Positions 1 to 13,300 of a stretch of DNA of 64,000 nt are shown piece by piece. Location of the stretch: contig NC_086101.1 in NCBI RefSeq assembly GCF_963921235.1, forward strand, positions 11,348,001 through 11,412,000, given 5' to 3'. A model generated the notes under the pieces. It saw nothing but the letters and a program-made list of their open reading frames with translations, searched no databases and was not told where the DNA came from. The position numbers and the translations under genes were made by a program. The first letter of the stretch is position 1. Each line of letters starts with the position of its first letter. The stretch comes from Mobula hypostoma. Its lineage: Eukaryota.

Positions 1-435
1 TCCTACCTGATGGTAACAGTGAGAAAGGGGCATTCCCTGGGTGCTGGAGGTCCTTAATAATGGACACTGCCTTTCTGAGACATGGCTTCTTGAAGATGTC
101 CTTCCTGGATACTTTGTAGACTCGTACCCAAGATAGAACCGACTAAATTTACAACCATCTGCAGCTTCTTTCAGTCCTGTCTGTAATTCCCCATACCAGA
201 CAGTGAGGCAGCCTGTCAGAATGCTCTCCATGGTACATCTGTAGAAGTTTTTGAGTGTATTTTTTGACATACCAAATCTCTTCAAACTCCGAATGATGTA
301 TAGTTGCTGTCTTGCCTTCTTGATAATCGCATTCCCTTGATATGTTGGGACTAGGTTATGTCCTCAGAGAGATCTTTACACCCAGGAACTTGAAACTTCT
401 TAATCTTTCCACTTCTGATTCCTCTATGAGGATTG
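1..435 (-). mobile_element. Rex-Babar/L2-type LINE 3' fragment
   Basis: Minus-strand VERLRSFKFLGVKIS, typical of the RT C-terminal region of these LINEs. Confidence 0.65.
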
Positions 436-515
436 GTATGTGACATAGTAGAATTTCCCAGATTGATTTCACTATCTTCCATAATCTAATCATAAGCAAA
501 CAACTTTTGTTACCC

Positions 516-725
516 AAACACGAGGAAATCTGCAGATGCTGGAATTTGAAGCAACACACATAAAAGTTGCTGGGGAACACAGCAGGCCAGGCAGCATCTA
601 TAGGAAGAGGTACAGTGGTCGTTTCAGGCCGTCAGGATGAAGGGTCTCTGCCCGAAACGCTGACTGTCCCTCTTCCTAAAGATGCTGCCTGGCCTGCTGC
701 GTTCACCAGCAACTTTTATATGTGT
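516..725. mobile_element. Palindromic Penelope-derived mini-element
   Basis: Inverted arms (cacataaaagttgctgg..gcaggccaggcagcatct / agatgctgcctggcctgctgc..ccagcaactttta); perfect 14-bp TSD aacttttgttaccc at 502-515 and 726-739; same terminus as the element at 53489. Confidence 0.8.
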
Positions 726-1081
726 AACTTTTGTTACCCTTTTGCTTTTAATATACGTAAGAAATGCCTTGGTATTTTCTTTAATTCTAATTGCCAATGG
801 CATTTCATGTCCACTCTCAACTTTCCTTATTCTTTGCTTGTGTTCTTTCTGGCTTTCTTTATATTCCTGAAGTATCCTGTCTGAATTCAACTTCCAAATA
901 TTTACAAGTTTCATCAGGCAGCATCTGTGGAGAGAATAACAGTTAATGTCTCAAATTGATGAACTAGGAAAGGTTAGAAATCAATAAACGTGATTGCAAG
1001 CAGCTTTAATACTTATGCTTCATGAATTCATGTTGCATTTTGCCTGACGACTATTATTTCTCCATCTGTCATTAACTGCAG

Positions 1082-1360
1082 GTTCGGGGAGTGAACCTCG
1101 GATTCAGATGAAGAGGAATCATGGAGCGGGAATCCAGCTTGTGTGTAAATCCAGTGGATGGAATCCTGAGCCGGAGATCCAGTGGATCGGTGGCGATGGG
1201 AATGCATTAACAGAGGCTGAGACAAAGTACCACAGAGACTCGGGTCTTGTAAATGTTGAGAGCAGTGTTAGAGTAACGAGACAATCATCAGGCAAACTGA
1301 AGTGTATTATCAGGAGTCAACATTTGAAAACAGAACATACAGCAATTATTACAATATCAG
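1082..1360 (+). CDS. Butyrophilin-like IgC (B7/CD80-type constant Ig) exon
   Basis: Acceptor ctgcag|GT at 1081/1082, donor TCAG|gtttgt at 1360/1361, 279 nt; C-x-S-x-GW-x-P-x-P-x3-W motif and second Cys (KLKC) typical of the BTN/B7 membrane-proximal Ig domain. Confidence 0.92.
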
Positions 1361-4300
1361 GTTTGTAAATTTCATCATTGAAGGGGGAAGGTGAACTAAT
1401 TTCTGCTGAAAACCTGAATACCAAAGGATAGTAATGTCTTAGCCAAAATCTTATGCCTGTTGAATGCTGTCCTTCGCTTTTAAACTGTTAGTCAACTGTT
1501 AGTGACAATTTTGCTGTTTGTGCATCTTTTAAATCTGGCACACCATTAAATGCCAGTTGAATCCACAACTTGTTCATTTGGGTTGGACATCAACACAGAT
1601 ATTTTCAATCCTTTGATACTCAGGTGAAAATTAGGTGGATACAACTTGGAATGTTTCCAAAAACATTAGCATTACAAAACATTTCCCAAAGCATTAGCAT
1701 CTGCTGCATTGACCTACCTGTGAACTATTGACATTGCTATGCCCAAGATGAAAGTCGCAGGTGTTGTCGAATTGGAAAAAAAAGATCCAGAAAAATAATC
1801 AACCCGATTACTACTTGAAACCTCTATAAATTGGCCCAGGGCTAATACGATCAGAGTAGAATTCCTGGCTCAATGATCAGTGTGGGAATACCACTCATAA
1901 TTTTGTATACCTCTAAAATCTCCCCTCAATCGGCTACATTCCAGTGAATAAAGTTCAAAGGCAATTCAGTCTTGCCCCATATCACAGTGGCTGAGTTTTC
2001 GGTAACTTCCCTGTAAATTTTCTCTGCATTCTTTCAATCTAGGTAGGTGATCAAAACCGGACATACTTCAACTTAGGCTGTAAAACATCTCATTCAATTT
2101 CAAGCTAACATTCCACTTGTGTACACAATACATTGATGTACAAAGGCCAATATTCCAAAAAGTTTTTCTTATGACCCTATCTACTTGGAACACCACTTTC
2201 AAAGAATTATGGACTGTATTCCCAGATCCCTGTGTTCTACTACACTCCTCAGTGCCCAACCACTCACCATGTAAGACCAACCCTGGTTGGTTCTACTGAA
2301 GTGCAACACCTCACACTTGTCTGTGTTAAACTGCATCTGTCAATTTTCATCCCATTTTTCCAGGTCTTCCAGATCTGCTGTAAACTCTGATCATCTTCCT
2401 CACTGTCCACTAAACCCAATCTTGATGCCATCTCTAAATTTGATGATAGAGTTTACCGCATTATCATCCAGTTTGTTGCTATGGATGATAAACAACAATG
2501 TACCCAGCACCGATCCCTGTGGCAGTCCACTAGTCATAGGCCTCCAGTCAGAGAAGCAGCCACCTACAACGCTCTCTGGCTTCAAACGAGAAATCAAAGT
2601 CTCTTGCAATCTTGAAAGCCAAGCAACTGAATGTCCTTGACCAAACTACCATACAGGACGTTCTCAAAGGCCTTGCTAAAGTGCATGTAGACACCATCCA
2701 CTGCCTTGCCTTCATCAACATTCTTTGTAACTTGCTCAAAAAATTCTATAAGATTGGTTAGACAAACTTATCACACACAAATCCGTCTTGGCTATCCCTA
2801 ATCAGTGACTGCCTATCCAAATACTTTCATATCCAGTCCCTTAGAACACTTCCCCAAAACTTTCCCAGTACTGACGTCAGGCTCAGATGCCTATGATTTC
2901 CTGGCTTATTCTTCAATAGCAGAACAGCGTTAGCTATCCTCCAATCCTCTGGCACCTCACCCATTGCTAAAGATGTTTAAAATATCTCTGCTGGGACCCC
3001 TGCAATTTCTGCATGAGCCTCCCACAGGGTCTGAGAGAGCATCTTGTCAGGTCCTGTGATTTATCCACCCTAATTTGCTTCAAGACAGCAACACCTCCTC
3101 CTCCGTAATCTTTATAGGGTCATTACCCCGTTACTGCACAGCCTCACGTCAATAGATCCTGTCTCTCTCCCGAGTAATTACTGATGCAAAAATCCATGTA
3201 AAATCTCCCACGTTTCTGTCAGCTCCATGCATGGATACCTCTCCTCAAGTACCTCATTTGTTCCTGCCTGACTCTACCTGTTATGTACCTCCTCCTTTTC
3301 CTTAACTAGGACCTCAATATCTCTTAAAAACAATGTTTTTTCAACCTGTTATCCCTGCCTCTTATTCTGACAGGGACATACAATCTCTGTACTCTGAAAG
3401 TTTCCCTTTTGAAGACCTCACACTTAACAAGTACACCGTTGCCAGAAAACAAGTGGTCACTATCCACACTTGCCTGATCCTTTCTGATACCACCAAAACT
3501 GGCCTTTCTCCAATTTGGAATGTCACCCAAGGATCAGACCTGTCCTTTTCCATAATTACCTTGAAACTAATGGCATTATGATTACTAGATGCAAAGTGTT
3601 CCCCTACAGAAACTGCTGTCACCTGCCCTGACTCATTCCCTAACAGCAGATCAGGTATCACACACTCTCTCTTTTGGACTTCCACATAATGATTAAGGAA
3701 ACTTCCTTGAGCACATTAGACAAACCTTTTCCAGCTGTTTTACAGTATGGGAGTCCCAGTCAATATGAGGAAAGTTAAAATCACCCACTATCACTACATT
3801 TTGTTTCTTGCAGCAGTCTGCAATCTCTCTACAAATGTGCTTCCCTACATTATAGGCTCATAGAGAAGTACAGCACAGAAGCAGGTCCTTTGGCAAATCT
3901 AGTGCATGCTAAAAATATTTAAATCGCCTACTCCCATCGACTTGCACTGGGATGATAGCCCTCCATATCCCTACTATCCATCCACCTACATAGAAACATA
4001 GAAAACCTACAGCACAATACAGGTCCTTCACAGCCCACAATGCTGTGCTGAACATGTACTTACTTCAGAAATTACCTAGGGTTACCCATAGCCCTCTATT
4101 TTTCTAAGCTCCCTGTACCTGTCCGGGTGTATCTTAAAAGACCCTGTCATATCCACGCCCACTACCGTTGCCAGTAGTCCATTCCACGCCCTCACCACCC
4201 TCTGCGTAAAAAAAAAAATTTAACCCTGATATCTCCTCTGTACTTGCTGCCAACAACCTTAAAGTTGTGCCCTCTCACGTTAGCCATTTCAGCCCTGGGA

Positions 4301-7300
4301 AAAAGCTGCTGACTATCCACACAATCAATGCCTCTCATCATCTTATACACCTCTATCAGGTCACCTCTCATCCTCCACCATTCCTAGAATAAAAGGCCAA
4401 GTTCACTCAAGCTATTCTCATAGGGCATGCTCCCCAATCCAGGCAAAATCCTTGTTAATCTCCTCTGCATCCTTTCTATGGTTTCCACATCCTTCCTGTA
4501 GTGAGGTGACCAGAGCTGAGCACAGTACTCCAAATGTGGTCTGACCAGGGTCTCTATAGCTGTAACATTACCTCTTGGTTCTTAAACTCAATCCCACGGT
4601 TAATGAAAGCCAATGCACCGTATGCCTTCTTAACCACAGAGTCAACCTGCACAGCAGCTTTGAGTGTCCTATGTACTCGGATCCCAAAAACTCTCTGATC
4701 CTCCACACTGCCAAAAGTTTTCCCATTAATACTAAATTCTGCCATCATATGCGACCTTTTAAAATGAATCACTTCACACTTACTGGTGTGAACTTCATCT
4801 GCCACTCTCATGCCAGTTTCACATCCTATCGATGTCCTGCTGTAACCTCTGACAGCCCTCCACACTATCCACAACACCCCCAACTTTTGTGTCATCAGCA
4901 AATTTATGAATCATCCCTTCACTTCCTCATCCAGGTCATTTATAAAAATCACGAAGAGAAGGGGACCCAGCACAGATCCCTGAGGCACACCACTGGTCAC
5001 CGCCCTCCATGCAGAATATGATCCATCTACAACCACTCTTTGCCTTCTGTGGGCAAGCCAGTTCTGGATCCACAAAGCAATGTCTCCTTGGATCCCATGC
5101 CTCCTTACTTTGTCAATAAGCCTTGCATGGGGTACCTTATCAAATGCCTTGCTGAAATTCATATACACTACATCTACTGCTCTACCTTCATCAATGTGTT
5201 TAGTCACATCCTCAAAAAGTTGAAGCAGGCTCGTAAGGCACGAGCTGCCATTGACAAAGCCATGCTGACTCTTCCTAATCATATTATGCCTCTCCAAATG
5301 TTCATAAATCCTGCCTCTCAGGATCATCTCCATCAATTTACCAAGTACTGAAGTAAGACTCACTGGTCTATAATTTCCTGGGATATCTCTACTCCCTTTC
5401 TTGAATAAAGGAACAACATCCGCAACTCTCCAATCCTCCGAGACCTCTCCTGTCCTCACTGATGATGCAAAGATCATCACCACAGGCTTAGCAATCTCAA
5501 GTCAAGTCACTTCTGTTGCCATTTTGAACATAACTGCTAGTACAGTACACAGTAAAATTGACAGAACTTTTTTTCAGGACCATGGTGCTACTTGAATCTC
5601 CTCCCTTGCCTCCCACAGTAGTCTGGGGAATATCTCGTCCAATCCCAGTGATTTATCCAACTTGATGCTTTCCAAAAGCTCCACCACATCCTCCTTCTTA
5701 ATGTCTATATGCTTATGCCTTTCTTTCCACTGCAGGTCATCCCTACAATCGCCAAGGACTTTTCCATAGTGAATACTGAAGCCAAGTATTCATTAAGTAC
5801 ATCCGCTATCTCCTCTGGTTCCATACACACTTTTCCACTGTCACACTTGATTGGTCCTATTCTCTCACGTCTTATCTTCTGGCTCTTCACATACTTGTGA
5901 AATGCCTTGGGGTTTTCTGTATTCCTGTCCGCCAAGGCCTTTTCATGGCCCTTTCTGGCTCTGCTAATTTCATTCTTCAGCTCCTTCCTGCTGGCCTTGT
6001 AATTTTCTAGATCTCTATCATTACCTAATTTTTTGAACCTTTCATAAGCTTTTCTTCTTGACTAGATTTGCAACAGCCTTTGTACATTACAGTTCGTGTA
6101 CCCTACCACCCTTTCCCTGTCTCATTAGAACGTACCTATGCGGGACATCACAGAAATATCCCCTGAACATTTGCCACATTCCTGTGTACATTTCCCCGAG
6201 GGCATCTGTTCCTAATCTGTGCTTCCAAGTTCCTGCCTGATGGCTTCATACTTCCCCTTATTCCATTTAAAAGCTTTCAAAAGTTGTCTGTTCGTATCTC
6301 TCTCCAATGCTATGGCAAAGGAGATAGAATTGTGATCACTGTCTCCAAAATGCTCTCCCGAGAGACCTGACACCTGACCAGGTTCATTTCCCAATACCAG
6401 ATCAAGTACAGCCTCTCCTCTTGTAGGCTTATCTACATATTGTGTCAGGAAACATTCCTGAACACACCTAAGAAACTCCACCCCACCTGAACCCCTTGCT
6501 CTAGGAAGATGCCAAACAATATTTGGGAAATTAAAATCTCCCACCACGATAACCCTGTTACTATTACACCTTTCCAGAATCTGTCTTCCTATCTGCTCTT
6601 CAATGTCCCTGTTACTATTGGGTGCTCCATAAAAAACACCAGGTAGAGTTATTGACCCCTTCCTGTTCCTAACTTCCACCCACAGAGACTCAGTGGACAA
6701 TCCCTCCATGACTTCCTCCTTTTCTGCAGACGTGACGCTATCTCTGATCAGCAGTGTCACACCCCCAACTCTTTTGAGTCCCTCCCTGTCTGAAACTTCT
6801 GAAGCCTGGCACTCTAACTAACCATTCCAGCCCTTTAGTCATCTCAGTCTGTAATGGTCACAACATCATAGCTCCAAGTACTGATCCATGCTCTACGCTC
6901 ATCGGCCTTGTTCATGATGCTTTTTGCATTAAAATAGGCACATCTCAAACCATCGGTCTGAGCGTATCCATTCTCTATCACCTGCCTATCCTCCCTCTCA
7001 CACTGCCTACAAGCTTTCTCCATTTGTGAGCCAACCTCTTCCTCTGTCACTTCAGTTTGGGTCCCGCACCCCAGCAGTTCTAGTTTAAACTTTCCTGAAT
7101 AGCCCTAGCAAACCTCCCCACCAGGATATTGGTCCTCCTCAAATTCAAGTGTAACCTATCCTTTTTGTACAGGTCACACCTGCCCCGAAAGAGGTCCCAA
7201 TGATCCAGAAATCTGAATCTCTGCCCCCTGCTCCAATCCCTCAGCCACGCATTTATTCTCCACCTCATTCTCTTTCTATACTCACTGTCCCATGGCACAC

Positions 7301-10300
7301 CAGTAATCCCAAGATTACTACCTTGAGGTCCTGCTTCTCAACTTCCTTCCCTACTCCCTGCAGTCTGTTTTCAGGACCTCCTCTCTTTTCCTACCTATGT
7401 CATTGGTACCAATAGATACCACGACATCTGGCTGTTCTCCTTCCCACTTCAGGATACTGTGAACGTGATCAGAAACATCTTGAACCCTGGCACCTGGTAG
7501 GCAAGCTACCATCAGTGTTTCTTTCCTGCATCCACAGAATCGCCTGTCTGACCCCCTGACTATAGAGTCCCCTATCACTGCTGCCATCCTCTTCCTTTCC
7601 CTACCCTACTGAGCCTCAGCGCCAGACTTTGTGCCAGAGGTGCAGCCACTGTTGCTTCCCCCATGTAGGTTGTTCCCCCCCGCCACCAGTACCAGTACTC
7701 AAACAGGAGTACTTATTGTGAAGGGGGACAGCCACAGGGGTGCTCTCTTGCCTCTGACTCCTGCCCTTCCTTCTCCAGACTGTTACCCACTTATCTGTCT
7801 CCCGAGGCCCCAGTGAGCCTGTAGCTCCTCTCTATCACCTCCTCACTGTCCCCGACCAGAGGAAGGTCATCGAGCTGCATCTCCATTTCCCTAAGGAGCT
7901 GCAGCTTGACGCACCTGGTGCATATGTGGCCGTCCGGGAGTCTGGGAGTCTCCCTGACATCCCACATCTGACACCCAGTCCAGATCACCGTCCTCACAGA
8001 CATACTTCCTATCCCTATTCTTCACAAGCTATCTACCTTGCCTCGACCTGTTATCGCCAAAGCTCTGTTCAACCAAAGCCCTCCTACTCTGTCTCCCTCT
8101 ACTCTGACACCCACTCTACAAAACTGTCTTCTTGTAAATCCTTCCCGCTGGTCTAACTCGCTGACATCCACGCGCTTGCGCAGTTATGCCTGAATGTAAA
8201 CTTTTCGTAAACATTGAAATTGTGATCGCATGCACCACTTGTGTTAGCAGCTCATTCCACACTCTCATGACCCTCTAAATGAAAAAGTTTCCCCTCCTCT
8301 TCCCCTTGAACTTCTCACCTTTCACCCTGAACCTATGCCATGTGGTTGTAGTCCTACCCAACCTCTGGAAAAAGCCCACCTTCATTTATTTTATATAGCC
8401 TCATAATTTTGTACACCTTTGTCAAATCTCATCCCAATCTTCTATGTTCTGAAGAATACAATCCTAACCTATTCCATCTTTCCTTATCATTCGGGTCCTC
8501 CAGATGTGGCAACATCCTTGTGAATTTTCTTTGTACTCTTTCAACCATGTTTACATCTTTCCTGTAAGTAGGTGACCAAAATGCATACAATACTCCGAAT
8601 TAAGCCTCACCAACGCCTTAAACATTATCAACATAACATCTCCTATACTCAATAGGAACACTCACAATGTGCTGGAGGAACTCAGCAGGTTGGGCAGCAT
8701 TTGTGGAAACGATCAGTCAAAGTTTCGGGCCGGAACCCTTCATCAGGACTGAAGAGGGAAGGGGCAGAGGCCCTATAAAGAAGGTGAAGGGAGGGTGGGA
8801 AGGAGAAGGCTGGTAGGTTCCAGGTGAAAAACCTGTAAGGGGAAAGATAAAGGGGTGGGGGAGGGGAAGCAGGGAGGTTACAGGTAGCTGGGGGAGTGGG
8901 CAGAGTGAAATAGAGATAGGGGAAGGGAATTACCAGAAGTTGGAGAATTCTATGTTCATACCAATGGGCTGGAGACTATCTAGACGGTATATGAGGTGTT
9001 GCTCCTCCAACCTGAGTTTAGCCTCATCAAGGCAGTAGAGGAGGCCATGGACATATCCGAAAGGGAATAGGAAGCAGAGTTAAACTGGGTGGCTACTGGG
9101 AGATCCTGTTTGTTGTGGCGGACGGTGCGGAGATGCTCGCCGAAGAGGTCCCCCTGGTATGAACATAGAATTCTCCATCTTCTGGTAATTCCCTCCCCTT
9201 CCCTTCCCCTATCTCTATTTCACTCTGCCCCCTCCCCCAGCTGCGTATCACCTCCCTCATGGTTCCGCCTCCTTCTACTACCCATTGTGTTTTCCCCTAT
9301 TCCTTCTTCACCTTTCCTGCCTATCACCTCCCTGCTTCCCCTCCGCCACCCCTTTATCTTTCCCCTTACTGGTTTTTCATCTGGAACCTACCAGCCTTCT
9401 CCTTCCCACCCTCCCCCCACCTTCTTTATAGGGCCTCTGCCCCTTCCCTCTTCAGTCCTGATGAAGGGTTCCGGCCCGAAACATTGACTGCTCGTTTCCA
9501 CGGATGCTGCCCAACTTGCTGAGTTCCTCCAGCGTGTTGTGAGTGTTGCTTTGACCCCAGCATCTGCAGATTATTTTGTGTTTACGATCCTGTACTCAAT
9601 ACATTGATTCATGAAGGCCAATTTTGCAGAAGCTTTATACCTGTGAGATGGCTTTCAACAAATTATGTATCTGTATTCCCAGATCCCTTTATTTACTCAC
9701 AATCTTCCGTGCCCTACCATGCACTACGTAAGACCTACCCTGGTTATTCCTAATGAAGTGCAAAACCTTGTACTTCTCTGCACTAAATTCCCCCTGCCAT
9801 TTTTCAGCCCGTTTTCCCAGCTGATGCAGATCCCTTTGCAAGTCATGATGGCCTTCCTTACACTCTCAGTCTGGGTGTCATCCGCAAATTTGATGATCCA
9901 GTTACCCACATTATCATCTAGATCATTGATATACTGTAGACAGCACACAGTAAAGGACCCAGAACTGATCCAGTGGCACACCACTAGTCACAGGCCTCCA
10001 GTCAGAGAGGCAACCCTCTACTACCACTCTCTGTCTTCTCCCATAAAGCCAATGTCTAATCCAATTTACTACCTCATTCTGCATGCCGAGCGACTGAACC
10101 TTCTTGGCCAGCCTCCCATGTGGGCCCTTGTCAAATGCCTTACTTGAATATCAGTGGATTTAATTTGGCTTTTTTGACTCTGATTAACAGTAAAGTCTCT
10201 TTCATGTAAAGTGAATGCAAATTTCTACAAATTGGTCGAAATTTATTCCAATTATTACAAAATAATTGATTGTGTAATTACTGACCCACTTCAAAACTCT

Positions 10301-13300
10301 TCAAGCTCTGTCAGTTTGCATGGTGATCACGAGTGAACAGCCCTTTTCAAGTCCAGCCAGAAATTCTCTATAGGATTGAGGTCTGGACTCTGACTTGGCC
10401 ACTTGCAGACATTAACTTTGTCGTTTTTAAGCTATTCCTGTGTAGCTGTGACTTAATGCTTGGGGTCATTGTCTTGCTGGAAAAGAAATCTCCTAAGTCG
10501 CAGCTCTCCGGCAGACTGCATCAGATTTTCCTCCAGGATTTCCTTGTATTTTGCTGCATTCGTTTTACCCCCGACCTTCAGAAGCCTTTCAGGGCCTGCT
10601 GCAGTGAAGCATCCCCACAGCATGATGTAGCCACCACTATTCTTCACAGTAGGGCTGGTGTGTTTAGTCTGATGGCCAAAAAGCTCAATTTTGGTTTCAT
10701 TAGACAGTAGAACCTTCTAGCTGACTTCAGGGTCTCTCACGTGCCTTCTGGTGAACTCACGATGAGATTCATGTGATTTTTTTAAACAGTGGCTTTCACT
10801 TTGCCACTGTCCCACAAAGTTACAGCTGGTGAAGCACCCGGACAACAGTTGTTGTATGAACGGTCTCTCCCATCTCAGCCGCTGAAGCTTGTAACTCCTC
10901 CAGAGTTGTCATCGGTGTCTTGCTGGCCTCTCTCACTCGTCCTCTTCTTACACGGTCGCTGCGTTTTTGAATTAAATTGAATTGACTTTGTTACTTACAT
11001 CGTTCATGTACATGAGGACTAAAAACCTTTACGCAACATCTCCATCTAAATGTGCAATGTGCAATTTATAGTAACTTGTAATAAATAGTATGTACAACAG
11101 GACAGTCAATATAACATAGAATTACAATTCTATCAGTGTGAATTAATCAGTCTGATGGCTTGGTGGAAAAAGCTGTCCCGGAGCCTGTTGGTCCTGATGT
11201 TTTGCAGTGGTACCGTTTCCCGGATGGTAGCAGCTGGAACAGTTGCAGCTTCAAAGACGCTTGCAAACTGCTGTGCAAAGAGAGTACAGAGTACAGCAAA
11301 GTTATGTTCCTGTTAGAAAGAAGGATAAGAGAACCTTTGATGTCCATGAAGGTGATGAATTTAGTCAAGAAAAAGGAAACATATGTCAGGCTTTGGAAGT
11401 TAGGATCAGACGAAGCAAATGAGTTGTATAAAGAAGCCAGAAAACAACTAAAGAAGGGAATTAGGAAACTGGAGGGGCCATGAGAAGTCCTTGGCAGGTT
11501 GGTTTAAGGTGGATCACATGGCATTCTATAAATATGCCAAAAGCAAGAGGATAACTAAGGAAATTGACCACTCAGGGATTAAGGGGGAACACTTGCTTGG
11601 ATGCAGAGAATGTGAGTGAAGTACTTAATACCTTGCTTCAGTATTTACTAAGGAAAAGGATGTGGAGTACCAGGAGAACAGTGTTTCAGAATCAGGTTTA
11701 ATATCACCGGCATAGCTTGAGAAATTTGTTAATTTAGCAGTAGTAGTACAATGCAATACATGAAAATAAAGAAAAAATAAATAAGTAAATCAATTACAGT
11801 AACTACATACTTGTATTGAATCGAATTGACTTTATTACTTACATCCTTCATATACATGGGGAGAAAATGTTCAATGTGCAATTTATAGTAATTTATAATA
11901 AATATTCTCTGCAAATGGGATAGTCAATGGAAGGATGCTGTTCCGCCTAATCATGCTCTGGTTACGGGATGTTATGGCATGCCTAAATTTAGAAAAGATT
12001 TTTTGTTCAATTTCTGAATCTAACCAAGATTTTCAAAATTTGTGGGGGCCATTTTCAAATTATTTTCATAATCTTTGATTTCTTATTGAAGTACAGAAGG
12101 TGGTTAATAGTATATTTTATTATCTGATAAATTTCTTTTTTCTTTTTTTTCCCAAACAATAGTGGGTGTAGCTTTGGTTGTGGGTGTAGATTTTGGTGGC
12201 TTTGGTAGTGGGTGTAGATTTTTTTTTTCTCAATAAAATTGTTTATATTCAAATATACGAACTAATCTAATCCATATGAATATAGAGTAAGGAGTTTGTT
12301 AATGTGATTTAATATACTACATCTGGTAATATTATATTTTGTTTTTTGTTTTATAATATATATTCTCTTGAACTCTGTATTCTTATATATAGAAATCAAA
12401 TCAATAAATATTGAAAGAAAAGTCAATATAACATAGAAATACTGTTGCGTCAGCATGAATTAATCAGTCGGATGGCCTGGTGGTAGAAGCTGTCCCAGAG
12501 CCTGTTGGTCCTGGCTTTTATTCTGTGGTACCTTCCATTGGTTGGGGTCAAACATGGATATTGCATCTGAGCTGTTTACATGATTATATAAATTGGTACA
12601 CAAGTCAGGGCAGTATGATATGGAGAGCAAACTGTTGCTCATGCAGCAGGTTTTTGTTCTCCAAACAGCTGAAACATCAAAAGGAACATCAGAAACCAAT
12701 ACAGTTTGGCATCAGTCGTGTTGTAGGACTCTAACTCCGGGTGTACTCCTGAAGCCATCCCCATGACTGGGTGTAGCCACAGGACAGCGGAGGTTTGAGG
12801 TCAGAGTTTTCCTTTTGCAAGATGATCTGCCAGCCTCAGCTGACAAGCCCCATCTACTCAAAGTGACTCGTTTTAAGCTGCCAGTAACCTGCTTTTGGCC
12901 CTTCTCCTGACAGTAGAAACCGTTCTGTCAGGCATGAAGGCCAGGAGCTGGACTTGGTTGTCAGAGGCTATTTGAGATGCACACCATTGGGAACATTAAA
13001 TAGGTAGTGGGAGCTCATCCCCAAAAACTGGCCTGGCTATAACAAACTGAAGGAACTAGTGATCTTATAGAGATGTATAAAATATTGATGGGCATGGAGA
13101 GGAAGAATTCACACAGTTTCCCCCCTGGGTTAAAGTATCAAGAGACCATGAGATATAGGAGCAAAGTTAAGCCATTTGGCCCATTGAGTCTGCACCACCA
13201 TTTCATCATGGCTGATCCAATTTTCCTGTCAGCCCCGATCTCCTGCCTTCTCCCTGTATCCTTCATGTCCTGACCAATCAAAAATTTATCAACTTCTGCC

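Larger units (their letters stand above)
8655..9587. mobile_element. Penelope-like element remnant with inverted duplication
   Basis: 8655-9153 is a minus-strand GIY-YIG 3' end plus terminus; 9154-9587 is the same terminus on +; 14-bp TSD tcct(a/g)tactcaata at 8641-8654 and 9588-9601. Confidence 0.88.
8196..10146 (-). mobile_element. Older CR1 LINE, host of nested insertions (its 3' end is at ~3850-3988)
   Basis: [20 protein letters not shown] and SKAFDK; sequence is continuous across the CR1 and Penelope insertions. Confidence 0.8.
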
